Sequence record: PZ445521.1
Source: a phage
Length of the DNA stretch: 64,000 nucleotides
Direction: 5' to 3' (one strand)
This document shows, in pieces, positions 47,538 through 57,871 of this stretch. The notes under the pieces are model-generated. The model worked only from the letters and a program-made list of their open reading frames with translations. It was not told the origin of the DNA and made no database searches. The stretch's first letter is position 1; each line of letters begins with the position of its first letter. The translations under genes and the position numbers were made by a program.

Positions 47538-47539
47538 AA

Positions 47540-47755
47540 TTAAGCCTTTTTATCAAGAACAGAATTCAGCTTGTTAGTAATTTTATCCAGACGCTCATTG
47601 AACTCACTAGAAGATAAGCCCTTTTCTGGAGAAATCAAACTAATCACGAAAAATATAGCAATAAAAGGAATAAGGAAAATAGCTCCAACTGCCATAAACA
47701 GAAAGAATGTTACAGTTGTAAGAAAATCAGCTAAACCTTTACGAAATTTATACAT
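47540..47755 (-). CDS. small membrane protein, 71 aa
   Basis: ORF track; hydrophobic helix. Confidence 0.5.
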   Translation of the reverse strand: MYKFRKGLADFLTTVTFFLFMAVGAIFLIPFIAIFFVISLISPEKGLSSSEFNERLDKITNKLNSVLDKKA

Positions 47756-47870
47756 ATTTTACCCTTAATTGATTAACCAAGCATTGATAAGCACTAAACT
47801 ATATTGCGAATAAAATTCTGGACCAAAATGAAAAATCATATCATTTATAGTATCCATAATGTAATTCAAT

Positions 47871-48341
47871 TTAATCATGTGTCCACACCCCATCGGTATT
47901 TGACCAAAGTCGCTGATTATCTGATCCTCGCCACAGCTTTTTAGTCGGAAGATTTTTCTCATACTTCCCATCAATAATAACATCAACATATTTAAGCATT
48001 TCTAGTTGTTTAATATCTTCAAACTTATATCCTGTCCACAACCAAATGCTTTTATTGGGATAAAGATTTTTAATAGTTTGAACCACAGAGTGAATCACGT
48101 CTCTGTTATCAGGATAAAGAGGGTCACCTCCGGTTATAGTCAATCCTTCTATATAATCATTATTCAAACATTCAATTAATTGTTCTAGTGTTTCACCAGT
48201 GAATGGAACACCATTTCTAGCATTCCATGTTGATTTATTATAACACCCTTCGCATTTATGCAAACAACCTGTAACGAAAAGAACGACCCTGCATCCAGGG
48301 CCATTCACAAAATCACAGGGATAAAATCTATCGTAATTCAT
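47871..48341 (-). CDS. nrdG: anaerobic ribonucleotide reductase activase NrdG (radical SAM)
   Basis: 156-aa ORF with Cx3Cx2C (CLHKCEGC); 4-nt overlap with nrdD. Confidence 0.85.
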   Translation of the reverse strand: MNYDRFYPCDFVNGPGCRVVLFVTGCLHKCEGCYNKSTWNARNGVPFTGETLEQLIECLNNDYIEGLTITGGDPLYPDNRDVIHSVVQTIKNLYPNKSIWLWTGYKFEDIKQLEMLKYVDVIIDGKYEKNLPTKKLWRGSDNQRLWSNTDGVWTHD

Positions 48342-50155
48342 TGGTGTTTAACCCTATGCATGATTTCTTTATTTTTACCGAGATTAAATCCGCGTTCGTT
48401 CGGATTTCCCAAATAACCACATGTTCTTCTTATTGTGTTCATCTTTTTAGGATCAGTTTCTCCACAAATAGAACAAACAAATCCGTTTTCAGTAGGAGTC
48501 ATTTCATGGGTACTTCCGCATGTAAAACATTTATCTACTGGCATATTAACACCAAAATAATCTAAATGTTGTGCAGCATAATCCCATACGGCCTCAAGAC
48601 CTTTTAGGTTATTTTTCATATCAGGAAGTTCAACATAAGAAATGTGGCCGCCTGTCGCAATGAAATGATATGGTGCTTCGCGAGAAATCTTTTCAAACGG
48701 AGTAATATTTTCTTCTACTGAAACATGGAAACTGTTAGTGTACCAGCCTTTATCAGTAACATCCTTTACACTTCCATATTTTTCTGTATCAAGTTTACAG
48801 AAGCGATAACAAAGGTTTTCAGCAGGAGTCGAATATAAACTAAAAGCAAATCCGGTTCTTTCAGTCCACTGCTTAAGATGAGCATTCATTTTAGTTAAAA
48901 TTTCTTGTCCAATATCACGACCGACAAGAATATTTAATTCGTGAATACCAATGTATCCTAGAGACACTGAACTTCTACCGTTTTTAAATAACTCAATTAT
49001 ATCGTCATCGGGTTTAAGACGAACCCCGAATGCACCTTCTTGGTAAAGAATAGGAGCAACAGTCGCTTTAACTCCTTTTAAGGAACTAATTCTACACATC
49101 AAAGCTTCAAAACACAGATCCATTCGTTCATTAAATAGCTCAACAAATTTCTGCTCATTGAATTGAGTTCCAATATAAGAATCTAATGCGATACGAGGAA
49201 GATTCAGTGTTACAACACCGAGATTATTACGTCCATCAAGAATTTCATTACCGGTTGAATCTTTCCACACACTCAAAAAACTGCGGCAACCCATTGGAGA
49301 AACAGGAATAGATGAGCCGGTGATAGCTTTATTGTTCTTAGCTGAAATAATATCAGGATACATTCTTTTGCTTGCGCACTCTAGAGCAAGCTGTTTAATA
49401 TCATAGTTCGGATCGTCTTTATAAAGATTAACACCTTCTTCAACAAACATAACAAGCTTAGGGAAAATAGGAGTTATCCCATCACGACCAAGACCTTTAA
49501 TACGATTTTTCAGAATTGCTTTCTGAATCATTCGTTCAGTCCAGTCAGTTCCTGTACCAAATGTAATTGTTACAAAAGGTGTTTGTCCGTTTGAACTAAA
49601 GAGAGTATTTACTTCATATTCATAAGCTTGGAATGCATCGTATACATCTTTTTCTGTTTTAGATTGAGCATAATTCAACGCATCAGCGATTTGCCATTTT
49701 TCTGCATCCTCAATATGTTTTGCATAGGTGCGTTTAACATAAGGAGAAAGTACTTTATCTACATTCGCAAAAGTCGTTCCGCCGTATTGGTGAGAAGCAA
49801 CTTGCGCAGTAATTTGCGCCATAATTGCAGTAGCAACTCCAATTGATTTAGGAGTTTCAATCTGTGCATTACCTAGCTTAAATCCGTTTTCAAGCATTCC
49901 TTTTAAATCTACTAAACAACAATTAGTAAATGGAAGAGCAGGGGAATAATCAATATCGTGGAAATGGATAATTCCGCTTTCATGCGCTTTCATAATAAAA
50001 GACGGGACCATATTTTTGGCAATGTGTTTAGACACAATACCAGCCATAAGGTCCCGTTGAGTTGGAAAAACACGAGAATCTTTATTAGCATTCTCGTTCA
50101 AAAGGTCTTTATTAGTTTTATGAATCAATCCTTCAATTTCTTTTTCAATTGTCAT
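48338..50155 (-). CDS. nrdD: anaerobic ribonucleotide reductase NrdD, uninterrupted
   Basis: 605-aa continuous ORF; C-terminal glycyl-radical region RRTCGYLG and Zn-ribbon cysteines. Confidence 0.92.
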   Translation of the reverse strand: MTIEKEIEGLIHKTNKDLLNENANKDSRVFPTQRDLMAGIVSKHIAKNMVPSFIMKAHESGIIHFHDIDYSPALPFTNCCLVDLKGMLENGFKLGNAQIETPKSIGVATAIMAQITAQVASHQYGGTTFANVDKVLSPYVKRTYAKHIEDAEKWQIADALNYAQSKTEKDVYDAFQAYEYEVNTLFSSNGQTPFVTITFGTGTDWTERMIQKAILKNRIKGLGRDGITPIFPKLVMFVEEGVNLYKDDPNYDIKQLALECASKRMYPDIISAKNNKAITGSSIPVSPMGCRSFLSVWKDSTGNEILDGRNNLGVVTLNLPRIALDSYIGTQFNEQKFVELFNERMDLCFEALMCRISSLKGVKATVAPILYQEGAFGVRLKPDDDIIELFKNGRSSVSLGYIGIHELNILVGRDIGQEILTKMNAHLKQWTERTGFAFSLYSTPAENLCYRFCKLDTEKYGSVKDVTDKGWYTNSFHVSVEENITPFEKISREAPYHFIATGGHISYVELPDMKNNLKGLEAVWDYAAQHLDYFGVNMPVDKCFTCGSTHEMTPTENGFVCSICGETDPKKMNTIRRTCGYLGNPNERGFNLGKNKEIMHRVKHQ

Positions 50156-50625
50156 TTTAAACTCTTTCTAAGCTGCTTCTTGAATGAAGCTATTAATTGT
50201 GTTTTGGTGTCAGATTCATTATATTCAAATCCTCTTTGAAGCATCTCGGCCATCATTTCCTCTTTTCCTAAACGAGAAAATTCCTTTGATTTATCTCCAA
50301 CGAAGTTAGGGTGAATATTATTTTGGGTGTAATCGGATTTTAAATAAGTAAGTAAATTTTCTAACCATTCAAGATAATCAACACCTTGTCCCTTTAAGCC
50401 AGAACGATTAAATTTATGCTTCATTTGACCTTCTGCGGCATTGCAGAGATTACAAAGCAATCCACGTACCTTTCCTGCTTTTGGTCCATTTAATTCATGG
50501 TCATGGTCGAGGTGATTAGCTTGAACGTCAGGATTTAGTTCTCGTTGGCAAATTAAGCATTTACCATTTTGTGCATCATAAAATTTCTGTTTTTCTTCTT
50601 TGTATAATTTGCCAGTCAATAACAT
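50152..50625 (-). CDS. 49: endonuclease VII gp49
   Basis: 157-aa ORF recognised as T4 endo VII; cysteine/histidine zinc motif. Confidence 0.9.
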   Translation of the reverse strand: MLLTGKLYKEEKQKFYDAQNGKCLICQRELNPDVQANHLDHDHELNGPKAGKVRGLLCNLCNAAEGQMKHKFNRSGLKGQGVDYLEWLENLLTYLKSDYTQNNIHPNFVGDKSKEFSRLGKEEMMAEMLQRGFEYNESDTKTQLIASFKKQLRKSLK

Positions 50626-50667
50626 AATAAAACCCTTACCTTAAATAGATAAGGGTATTTATTATTT

Positions 50668-51153
50668 TCAAGTATTGTAAAACATTTGATTCAATCGCTT
50701 ATATTGCCGAATCTTTTGGTCAGAAAAAGAAATTTGGGTTTCAAGCCATTCAATATATTCTGCCGCAGCTTGCATCAAATTTCCTTCATAGCCATCGTTA
50801 TTTTCTTGTGCAGCTAATTTAGCTAATGCGTATGAAATACGTTCACCTTGAAAATCGGCTTTAGGCTTCTGAACAACTTGATTAGTTCTCTCTACAACTT
50901 CTTCAATTTCGCCATTTTCTACTGATTCAGTATTCCACAAGCACCAATACGTAATTGGCTTATCGTAGATGTTAATAATCTTTCCATCAGAAAGTTCAAT
51001 TTCAATAATTCCAGTATCAGGTTCTATATCATCTTCACATTCTTTTGCAAGTTCACGAACTTTAAAGACAGTACCTGCACTAAGTTCCGGCCAGTAATTA
51101 CACAGCCCTGTATCAGCACGATTAATTCTAAACCACTTATCTACTGTAATCAT
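50668..51153 (-). CDS. pin: PinA-like protein
   Basis: Track ORF trimmed to MITVDKWF (GGAG Shine-Dalgarno), 161 aa; position after gene 49 as T4 pin. Confidence 0.6.
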   Translation of the reverse strand: MITVDKWFRINRADTGLCNYWPELSAGTVFKVRELAKECEDDIEPDTGIIEIELSDGKIINIYDKPITYWCLWNTESVENGEIEEVVERTNQVVQKPKADFQGERISYALAKLAAQENNDGYEGNLMQAAAEYIEWLETQISFSDQKIRQYKRLNQMFYNT

Positions 51154-51276
51154 GTCCCATCTCCATATCAATTAAGTCATTTATCGTTGGTTCATTATAT
51201 ACTGTTTCTTCATCAGTGTAAACCGGTTCTTCCGGCTCTGGCTCTACAGTTTCCCATCTAGCCGCCCACCAAGGTT

Positions 51277-51597
51277 TTATAGCGTAATCCATTCTCGTAC
51301 TGTCTGAGTTACTACACGTTCACGGGGCTCGACTAGTTCAACAGTCGGAACTGCATAATACCAATCAGAATGATAAGAACCTGACCGAGATTCATTTACA
51401 GCCACATGTACATTATGTTTTGGACTAAAGTAAACACACTGACGATATTGACATTTACCATCTTGCACCCAGTCTTCTATTTCGACAGGTTTAAGATAAT
51501 CGGAAAAATCGAAATCATAGTTTTCCGAAAATGCATCATGGTCTTCAATGATTTCGCTCAGAACTGCATCAACATCTAATTTATTTTCAATAGTCAT
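51277..51597 (-). CDS. hypothetical protein, 106 aa
   Basis: ORF track. Confidence 0.5.
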   Translation of the reverse strand: MTIENKLDVDAVLSEIIEDHDAFSENYDFDFSDYLKPVEIEDWVQDGKCQYRQCVYFSPKHNVHVAVNESRSGSYHSDWYYAVPTVELVEPRERVVTQTVREWITL

Positions 51598-51607
51598 TTT
51601 TCACCAA

Positions 51608-51778
51608 TTAATTTCGCAATTTATTAAGTTCTTCATCATCAATCCAGGATTCTAATCCTGATGGCAGGTCACATTCAATTTCCCAAAGAAGTTCTTCAAT
51701 TTTATGAAGACGATCTAATTCTTCAACAGGAATAGTAACCATTGATGGAGCTCTTGCTGCACTAATATCGTATATCAT
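51608..51778 (-). CDS. hypothetical protein, about 56 aa
   Basis: Track ORF 51608-51817 trimmed to the internal Met after the upstream stop. Confidence 0.45.
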   Translation of the reverse strand: MIYDISAARAPSMVTIPVEELDRLHKIEELLWEIECDLPSGLESWIDDEELNKLRN

Positions 51779-51780
51779 AT

Positions 51781-51996
51781 TTACCCCAGTTTGACCATGC
51801 AATCGCCGTATTTCCACTTAGAAATAGACTTTTCACCATTAGAATAATAAACTTCGAGTTTAGCACGATTATTTTTAATTTGAATAACCTTGGCTGTCAT
51901 CAAAGTTCCATACCCATAATAAACTGCAACCTCATCACCTACATATACCGCGCTTCCGCGGTAATCATGGATATAATCAGTTCCTTCGAGAATCAT
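51781..51996 (-). CDS. hypothetical protein, 71 aa
   Basis: ORF track. Confidence 0.45.
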   Translation of the reverse strand: MILEGTDYIHDYRGSAVYVGDEVAVYYGYGTLMTAKVIQIKNNRAKLEVYYSNGEKSISKWKYGDCMVKLG

Positions 51997-52256
51997 TTAA
52001 AGTATTCTCGCAATTGGTCAAATCCACCAATATGACTTCCATCAGGAGCAAATACCTGGGGCATTGTCAAGCCGATTTGAGTATCACGACCTAGTTTAGT
52101 CAGAAGCTCAGCGATTTTCTCATCATCAAAAACACCTTTTTCCGGCATAATGTTGATAAATTCAAACGGCTGTTTCTTCACGGTCAAAAGACGTTTTGCA
52201 TTATCGCAATACACACATTTATGAATGTTGCTATCATAACCATATACTTTAAACAT
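51993..52256 (-). CDS. nrdC: thioredoxin/glutaredoxin NrdC
   Basis: 87-aa ORF with CVYC active site, recognised as T4 thioredoxin. Confidence 0.85.
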   Translation of the reverse strand: MFKVYGYDSNIHKCVYCDNAKRLLTVKKQPFEFINIMPEKGVFDDEKIAELLTKLGRDTQIGLTMPQVFAPDGSHIGGFDQLREYFK

Positions 52257-52257
52257 A

Positions 52258-52500
52258 TTATTCCTTAATTCCTAGTACTTGTTTAAAAGTCTCGTCGTAA
52301 TCAAGACTTTGGCCCGTTTGTTCTTTATGTTTGTATATAATATCACTTACTTCTGATAGCATATTTTTATATGAACGAGTTAAAGCAGATTTAAGCACGC
52401 TGTATCTATCAGGAAATTTACCGTGTTCATTATAATAAGCTATTGCTAATTCACGGACTGCCTTTTCAGCAGCCTCCATATATTCTTTACGCTTGGTCAT
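52258..52500 (-). CDS. hypothetical protein, 80 aa
   Basis: ORF track. Confidence 0.5.
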   Translation of the reverse strand: MTKRKEYMEAAEKAVRELAIAYYNEHGKFPDRYSVLKSALTRSYKNMLSEVSDIIYKHKEQTGQSLDYDETFKQVLGIKE

Positions 52501-52502
52501 TT

Positions 52503-52892
52503 TTAATCCAAAATATTATTAGGCATTGGTTGAACACTCACAAGTTCTTTAAAGAACTCAGTAGAGTCAGGCAATTTAACCATTTCCGGAGCATGCTTAC
52601 TGAATTTATGTTTACATTGACGGCATTTATATTCAAGCTCTGGTTTACGCCAGTTAATCAACTGAACTTGTTCAGTACCGCATTCAGGGCAATTAGGAAC
52701 GTTTTTAGAAGCTCTTTCACGTCGTTCAACCATAGCCATAATAGCATCCCATGCTGGAGGTTTAAAATCTAAATCGTCGCAGCCGTGAATCTTTCCACGC
52801 ATTTCCATATCATCTTCCTCACCAGCCATAATAATTTTAATTAAACTGGAATTACTTGAAGCTGCAATGTCTTCTAATAAACGCTTTTTCAT
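52503..52892 (-). CDS. zinc-ribbon protein, 129 aa
   Basis: CPECG ... CRQCKH motif. Confidence 0.5.
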   Translation of the reverse strand: MKKRLLEDIAASSNSSLIKIIMAGEEDDMEMRGKIHGCDDLDFKPPAWDAIMAMVERRERASKNVPNCPECGTEQVQLINWRKPELEYKCRQCKHKFSKHAPEMVKLPDSTEFFKELVSVQPMPNNILD

Positions 52893-53818
52893 TTCAATAC
52901 CTCAATAGCATTACGTAAACCATTTGCTTTTGCATTAAGAGCTTTTAACAATTTGGTGTGTTCTGCAATTTGGGCTTCAACTTCAATCAAACGGGCATTG
53001 AGATATTCACGTTCTTCACTCAGATTATCAACCTTTTCCACTTTAGGCTCTTTTACAACTGTCTTATATGTATTAGGGTTCTTCAGTTTAATTAGAATGC
53101 GTGAACTGTATAACATTGAACCATTATCTTCGGTTTCGTCATACATTTCCACTACGTCCATAATTTTTAACATCATGCGGAGTTTATAAGACAACGAACG
53201 AATAGTTTTGTTGTGCTTATTAATTTCTTTAGCTGTCATGGTGCCAAGATTACGTGAGTAATAATAAGGAACCTGGATATTAATTAATACTGATGAACCA
53301 CCTGGCTTGTGTGTTACTTCATCAGCAATAACCCAGTCCTTAACATGAACTGTATTTGTACGGTCATCGCCCGCGGTAAATAGTTTGCGAGCATGCTTAA
53401 AAAGCATATTCACTTGGGTATTGAATTGACAAGCAAATTTATCAGCAAATTTAGTTTCAGGAATGGTAGATAACCAATCAGCCAAATGGGTCTTTTTAAC
53501 ATCGTTAACAATAGTAAATTCAACCAAATCGGTTATAGATGTCGCAGTTTTAATGAATCTCGGCTTCATAAAGTTTTCAATGTTATCACGAGCTACAGTA
53601 GAAGATAACATACGAGAACGTTTAAACCATTCAAGCAAATTGCCTAACGAATGAGAATAAGCGTTTTGAGTATCTTTACAGATATGATTTTCCTGGCCAA
53701 CATATTGAAGGAAATCACGAAGAATATTATTGATTACTGCTCTGTGTCCTATCTGATAATTACGATGTTTAGTAATAAGACTGTCAAAATAATCAATATA
53801 ATGTTTACGAGTTTTCAT
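52889..53818 (-). CDS. coiled-coil family protein 1, 309 aa
   Basis: N-terminus MKTRKHYIDYF; C-terminal heptad coiled coil; tandem family member. Confidence 0.6.
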   Translation of the reverse strand: MKTRKHYIDYFDSLITKHRNYQIGHRAVINNILRDFLQYVGQENHICKDTQNAYSHSLGNLLEWFKRSRMLSSTVARDNIENFMKPRFIKTATSITDLVEFTIVNDVKKTHLADWLSTIPETKFADKFACQFNTQVNMLFKHARKLFTAGDDRTNTVHVKDWVIADEVTHKPGGSSVLINIQVPYYYSRNLGTMTAKEINKHNKTIRSLSYKLRMMLKIMDVVEMYDETEDNGSMLYSSRILIKLKNPNTYKTVVKEPKVEKVDNLSEEREYLNARLIEVEAQIAEHTKLLKALNAKANGLRNAIEVLK

Positions 53819-53870
53819 GTTCTTCTCACTTGGTTAATGATTTATACTCCGAGCCATCCTTGGCTTTAAA

Positions 53871-54872
53871 TTACTTAATTAACTGTAAAGCTTGTTCAAG
53901 ACGATCCAGGCGATTAACAGATTCTTCCCAAATCCTTTTAGCCTGCTCATATTCTTTCTGCGCTTTATTAGAAATTTCTAGAACTTCTTTATAAGCTTTT
54001 TCTAATGCAATAACTTCTGGACGAATTTCTACCGGTTCAGGCGAATCATCAAGATTATCCATTAGTTCCTCAAGGGTAGTTTCTTCTTTAGGAGTATTCA
54101 CAATTTCATCACATTTTTGTTGGTAAATTTCTTTATCAGTAGGTGAATAAGCACATTTCACTTCACGAAGACTAATTACAATTTTATATCCTTCCCAGCC
54201 GCATATATTCTTAAAAGGATATGTATGAATATTTTCTACTGTTTCCATACAAAGTAATGCGGTCTCTAATTGACGAGTTATAGTGCTAGCAATTGAGAAA
54301 AATTTATTAATATTCTTTTGGTTAGTTTCTGGTGTAAAAAATCCATAATTCACAAAAATAGATACTTTATTTTTATCAAGTTCATATTCTTTTATGATAA
54401 TCATGTCAGAAGCCAAAGGATGAATTTGACGATAATCACCATAACATAATTTAGAAGCTGATTTTAGAATTTGCTTCTTAAAAAGTCTGAAATTACTAAT
54501 CCAACGACGAGTAAAAATATTCTCAGGGTCTTCTTTATTATTAAGATGATAAGAATTAACATCACCGAACCAATTATATCCTACTACATCTTTGGTTCGT
54601 TTAATTTCTTTCCCAAAATTACCAAGAATATCCCGATTAACCAAATATGAAAGAAGACGAGACTCTTTAAAGGTTTTCTTGATAACATCTTTATCTACAC
54701 GACTAGAAATTTTACGAATTTCATGAATAAATTTAGTAGAAGAAACAATACTTGCATCAACACTATTGAGCCATTGATTGATAATAGAAAGAACGATATT
54801 TTGACCAAACATCGGTATAGCTTTATCATCAATAACGCTATTGAATGATTTGATATATTCGTTACGAGTCAT
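53871..54872 (-). CDS. coiled-coil family protein 2, about 333 aa
   Basis: Track ORF trimmed to MTRNEYIKSF (GAGGAG Shine-Dalgarno); shares FKKQILKSASKL-type block with next ORF; C-terminal coiled coil. Confidence 0.6.
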   Translation of the reverse strand: MTRNEYIKSFNSVIDDKAIPMFGQNIVLSIINQWLNSVDASIVSSTKFIHEIRKISSRVDKDVIKKTFKESRLLSYLVNRDILGNFGKEIKRTKDVVGYNWFGDVNSYHLNNKEDPENIFTRRWISNFRLFKKQILKSASKLCYGDYRQIHPLASDMIIIKEYELDKNKVSIFVNYGFFTPETNQKNINKFFSIASTITRQLETALLCMETVENIHTYPFKNICGWEGYKIVISLREVKCAYSPTDKEIYQQKCDEIVNTPKEETTLEELMDNLDDSPEPVEIRPEVIALEKAYKEVLEISNKAQKEYEQAKRIWEESVNRLDRLEQALQLIK

Positions 54873-54894
54873 ATTAATCTCCTCATTAGAAAGT

Positions 54895-54932
54895 AAGAAC
54901 ATTATACCACATCCTTGTGGCGAAGTAAACTA
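54895..54932 (-). promoter_or_regulatory. early promoter (-35 TTTACT, -10 TATAAT)
   Basis: agtaaa 54924-54929, attata 54901-54906, 17-bp spacer; near-identical to the promoter at 9908-9945. Confidence 0.55.
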
Positions 54933-55955
54933 GTTTAGTGCATTTAGTGCATTGTTCAGTTTAGAACGTTGCTTTGTCAGATTTTGAACCCTTGACTGAG
55001 CTTGTTCTAACACCTTTTCAGCTTCTAGCACTTCATTGGTCGCTTTAACGAGTTCATCATCTACTGCCTTAAGAGACTTCTCAATCGCGTCAGCGTGCCA
55101 TTTTTCTACAGGTTTAAGACTCGGATTTTCAACAGGAAGAAAATTCACTTTATTGAATTTCCATGCATCATTATTACCTGAACTATACATCCAAAATTTA
55201 GAATCGTTTGATGAGTAATTGGATAAATTTAAATTTAAGTTATCTTGCACTTCTTGCTTTTTCTCTTGCGGGACTTCGTCCTTTCTCAAAAAATCGTATT
55301 TAAATGAAACGATCATATCAAGTTCATATGTTGTCGTATCTAACTTAAATCGTTCAAAACGAGGTAAAATCTTAGATTGAACAGCAGCAACAACATCCAT
55401 ATACTTAAATGCTTCTGTCAACTGTGATTTAAGACATTCACAAATTGAAAGAGAATTTTTAGTATTAGGCTTAAAGCTAATTCGTGCAGTTCTATTATTT
55501 TCTTTAGATGGTCTTACTTCCATTTGAAGAGTATAACCATCAAATTTCAAATTCTTTAAGTTAATATCAGAACCTTTTAATCGACTAGCAGTAGACAAAA
55601 TTTGCTTTAATTGTTTACGGAATAGAGCAATAAATCTCCATTCAAGACGATAATGATTTGGATTAAAAAATCCTGTTGATAAATCAACCTTACTCTGACC
55701 AATGCCTTGAACAAATAGAGGATTTTTATAATCAATAGTTTTACAGAAATCGGTGAGCTGCTCACGAGCAGTCATTTGTGTAATATATCCCGCTTTACTA
55801 AAATGACGTAACCATTCACTGCTATTCATATATTTAAAGTGAATATCACGATTAACTTTATCAGGGTCTAAATTATTTTGGCACAAAAATGTCATAACAT
55901 CACGAGTATAGCTGGCATTACGAACCATATCTTCAATTTGAGAACGAGTTTTCAT
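54930..55955 (-). CDS. coiled-coil family protein 3, 341 aa
   Basis: MKTRSQIEDMV; RKQLKQILSTASRL block; C-terminal coiled coil. Confidence 0.6.
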   Translation of the reverse strand: MKTRSQIEDMVRNASYTRDVMTFLCQNNLDPDKVNRDIHFKYMNSSEWLRHFSKAGYITQMTAREQLTDFCKTIDYKNPLFVQGIGQSKVDLSTGFFNPNHYRLEWRFIALFRKQLKQILSTASRLKGSDINLKNLKFDGYTLQMEVRPSKENNRTARISFKPNTKNSLSICECLKSQLTEAFKYMDVVAAVQSKILPRFERFKLDTTTYELDMIVSFKYDFLRKDEVPQEKKQEVQDNLNLNLSNYSSNDSKFWMYSSGNNDAWKFNKVNFLPVENPSLKPVEKWHADAIEKSLKAVDDELVKATNEVLEAEKVLEQAQSRVQNLTKQRSKLNNALNALN

Positions 55956-55963
55956 GGTGTTCC

Positions 55964-56866
55964 TTAAGATTTAAGTAAATCAACAATTTTAATTAACTTT
56001 TCACGCTCAGATTTAGCTTTACTACTCAATCCAGATAGTCTGAATATTTCATCATCATATTGTTGAATAGAAATATTTAGCTCTTCTATTTGTTTACTGA
56101 AATAATCAATCTGCTCGGAATATTTTTCATTACTGCGAACTGGTACAGGTTTTGTAGGAAATTTAGTTAAACTGGATTCATCCGGGCGATAAATTAAAAT
56201 GCAATTTGAACCAATCGGGCATTTAGCACCAGATGAATATTCTAACGTTCCAGCTTCTTTTAAAACTTCAAAAGCTAAACAGAGATGATGCCCCATATTA
56301 ACATAATCTGTAGAGCGAGCTCTGACGTAATAATCATCGCCGCGAATACTAAATTTAAAGCATTTAAGGTCTTCTGTATTATTGGTCTTAAAAATCATTT
56401 GTTTATCTAGACCTTTAGCTAATCGAGCGCCTAATGCTAATAATCGTCGTTGATTTTCCCACAAATCCGTAATCATTTGATCGAATGATAATTTAGGCAT
56501 TAGTCGACCATAAAGGTCATATCCTTTATTATAATTGCGAAGGATTTCACTCGCATTAATACGAGACAACGCTCCAATTTTATTAAGGGCTTTCATGATG
56601 CGATTAGATAAACCCATTCCAGACCCATTTGTTCGTTGTAAATGTTTTTCTAATCCAAATCCAATATCAACTTTAAATTTATCTAAAATTTCAGCATGAA
56701 CATCTCTGTCAATAACATTCAAATCCAAAGTTGGGTTAAATCTATGAAAAAATTTATCTGGCTCTCCACGACGAAGTACAGTCCATTCATTTAATTTTTT
56801 ATTAACTAAAGATTTAATTACTGCATTGACATTATTAATTACTACTGACATATTTTTCTCACTCAA
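55964..56866 (-). CDS. coiled-coil protein, 300 aa
   Basis: ORF track; C-terminal coiled coil (QIEELNISIQQYDDEIFRL...). Confidence 0.6.
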   Translation of the reverse strand: MSEKNMSVVINNVNAVIKSLVNKKLNEWTVLRRGEPDKFFHRFNPTLDLNVIDRDVHAEILDKFKVDIGFGLEKHLQRTNGSGMGLSNRIMKALNKIGALSRINASEILRNYNKGYDLYGRLMPKLSFDQMITDLWENQRRLLALGARLAKGLDKQMIFKTNNTEDLKCFKFSIRGDDYYVRARSTDYVNMGHHLCLAFEVLKEAGTLEYSSGAKCPIGSNCILIYRPDESSLTKFPTKPVPVRSNEKYSEQIDYFSKQIEELNISIQQYDDEIFRLSGLSSKAKSEREKLIKIVDLLKS

Positions 56867-57267
56867 TTTTCAATTTTACTAAATACACAGAATATGATGG
56901 AAAAGACTATATAAGCACCGCATACAGATTGAACTAATACCATTCCAAAGAACCAAACAATATTATCAAACAATGTCTGTTTTACGTCGAAAGGACGTAA
57001 ACTTACAGTAATATTATCGCCTTTTTCTATTGATGAATACATCTCTGGTGAAATATATTCACTAAATCTATAACCGTCTTTGAGTTCATATACGGCAATA
57101 AACGATAAACTAGACCCCTTTCCTTGAGTTCCTGTAAGGGTATTAACTACAGTAACATCATAATCTTTATAATGCATATAATCATTAATTGCATAATAAC
57201 CATATGCAACTACTACACATAAACAACATATCAATAAATTCAATCTTTTAATTATCAACTGTTTCAT
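56863..57267 (-). CDS. membrane protein, 134 aa
   Basis: N- and C-terminal hydrophobic helices; 4-nt overlap coupling. Confidence 0.55.
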   Translation of the reverse strand: MKQLIIKRLNLLICCLCVVVAYGYYAINDYMHYKDYDVTVVNTLTGTQGKGSSLSFIAVYELKDGYRFSEYISPEMYSSIEKGDNITVSLRPFDVKQTLFDNIVWFFGMVLVQSVCGAYIVFSIIFCVFSKIEN

Positions 57268-57296
57268 AATAATCTCAATTAAAAGGGCTTAGAACC

Positions 57297-57320
57297 ATTA
57301 TACCATCCTTGGTATAAAGC
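57297..57320 (-). promoter_or_regulatory. middle promoter-like (GCTTTA, 12 bp, TATAAT)
   Basis: Minus strand reads CGCTTTATACCAAGGATGGTATAAT. Confidence 0.4.
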
Positions 57321-57322
57321 GG

Positions 57323-57850
57323 TTATGCGAGTACCGTCTTTAACCGTTCTTCAAACTTCCGAAGAGTATTTTGGCGTTCAGCTCTTTGCTTTTTGTAAGT
57401 TTCAATACGCTCTGAAATGAGAGTGTATCGTTCATTTACTGATTCTTTCATAAAATCAGGAATTTCACGAGAAGCTTTAATCTCATCAAATTTATCAATA
57501 ACAGCTTGCTCTTCAGCAATTAAGTTATCATACATCAAAATATCTTTCTTGATGAACTCAATATCTTCTTGAGTTACACGAGATAATTTAGATGCTTTAT
57601 CCTTTTTGTACTGTTCGTTAGTATCACGAGACCAGTGTAATGTACGATTTTTATTCGTATTCTTGTAAATTTCTACAATACCAATCTCATCAATAATAAC
57701 GATCCAATTCCAACGAGATTTGTAAATTTGTCCTCCGTCAACCGTGATTTCACCTCCGATTGAGATGTCATTAAAGAACTTGCTTTGTGCTTCAGATTTA
57801 AATTTACCATCGTTGTAATTTACCAGGTTGAAAATATCTTTAGCGTTCAT
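57323..57850 (-). CDS. hypothetical protein, 175 aa
   Basis: Track ORF trimmed to MNAKDIF after the promoter/leader; C-terminal coiled coil. Confidence 0.55.
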   Translation of the reverse strand: MNAKDIFNLVNYNDGKFKSEAQSKFFNDISIGGEITVDGGQIYKSRWNWIVIIDEIGIVEIYKNTNKNRTLHWSRDTNEQYKKDKASKLSRVTQEDIEFIKKDILMYDNLIAEEQAVIDKFDEIKASREIPDFMKESVNERYTLISERIETYKKQRAERQNTLRKFEERLKTVLA

Positions 57851-57871
57851 TTTGTGTTCCTCCGTAGTTGA

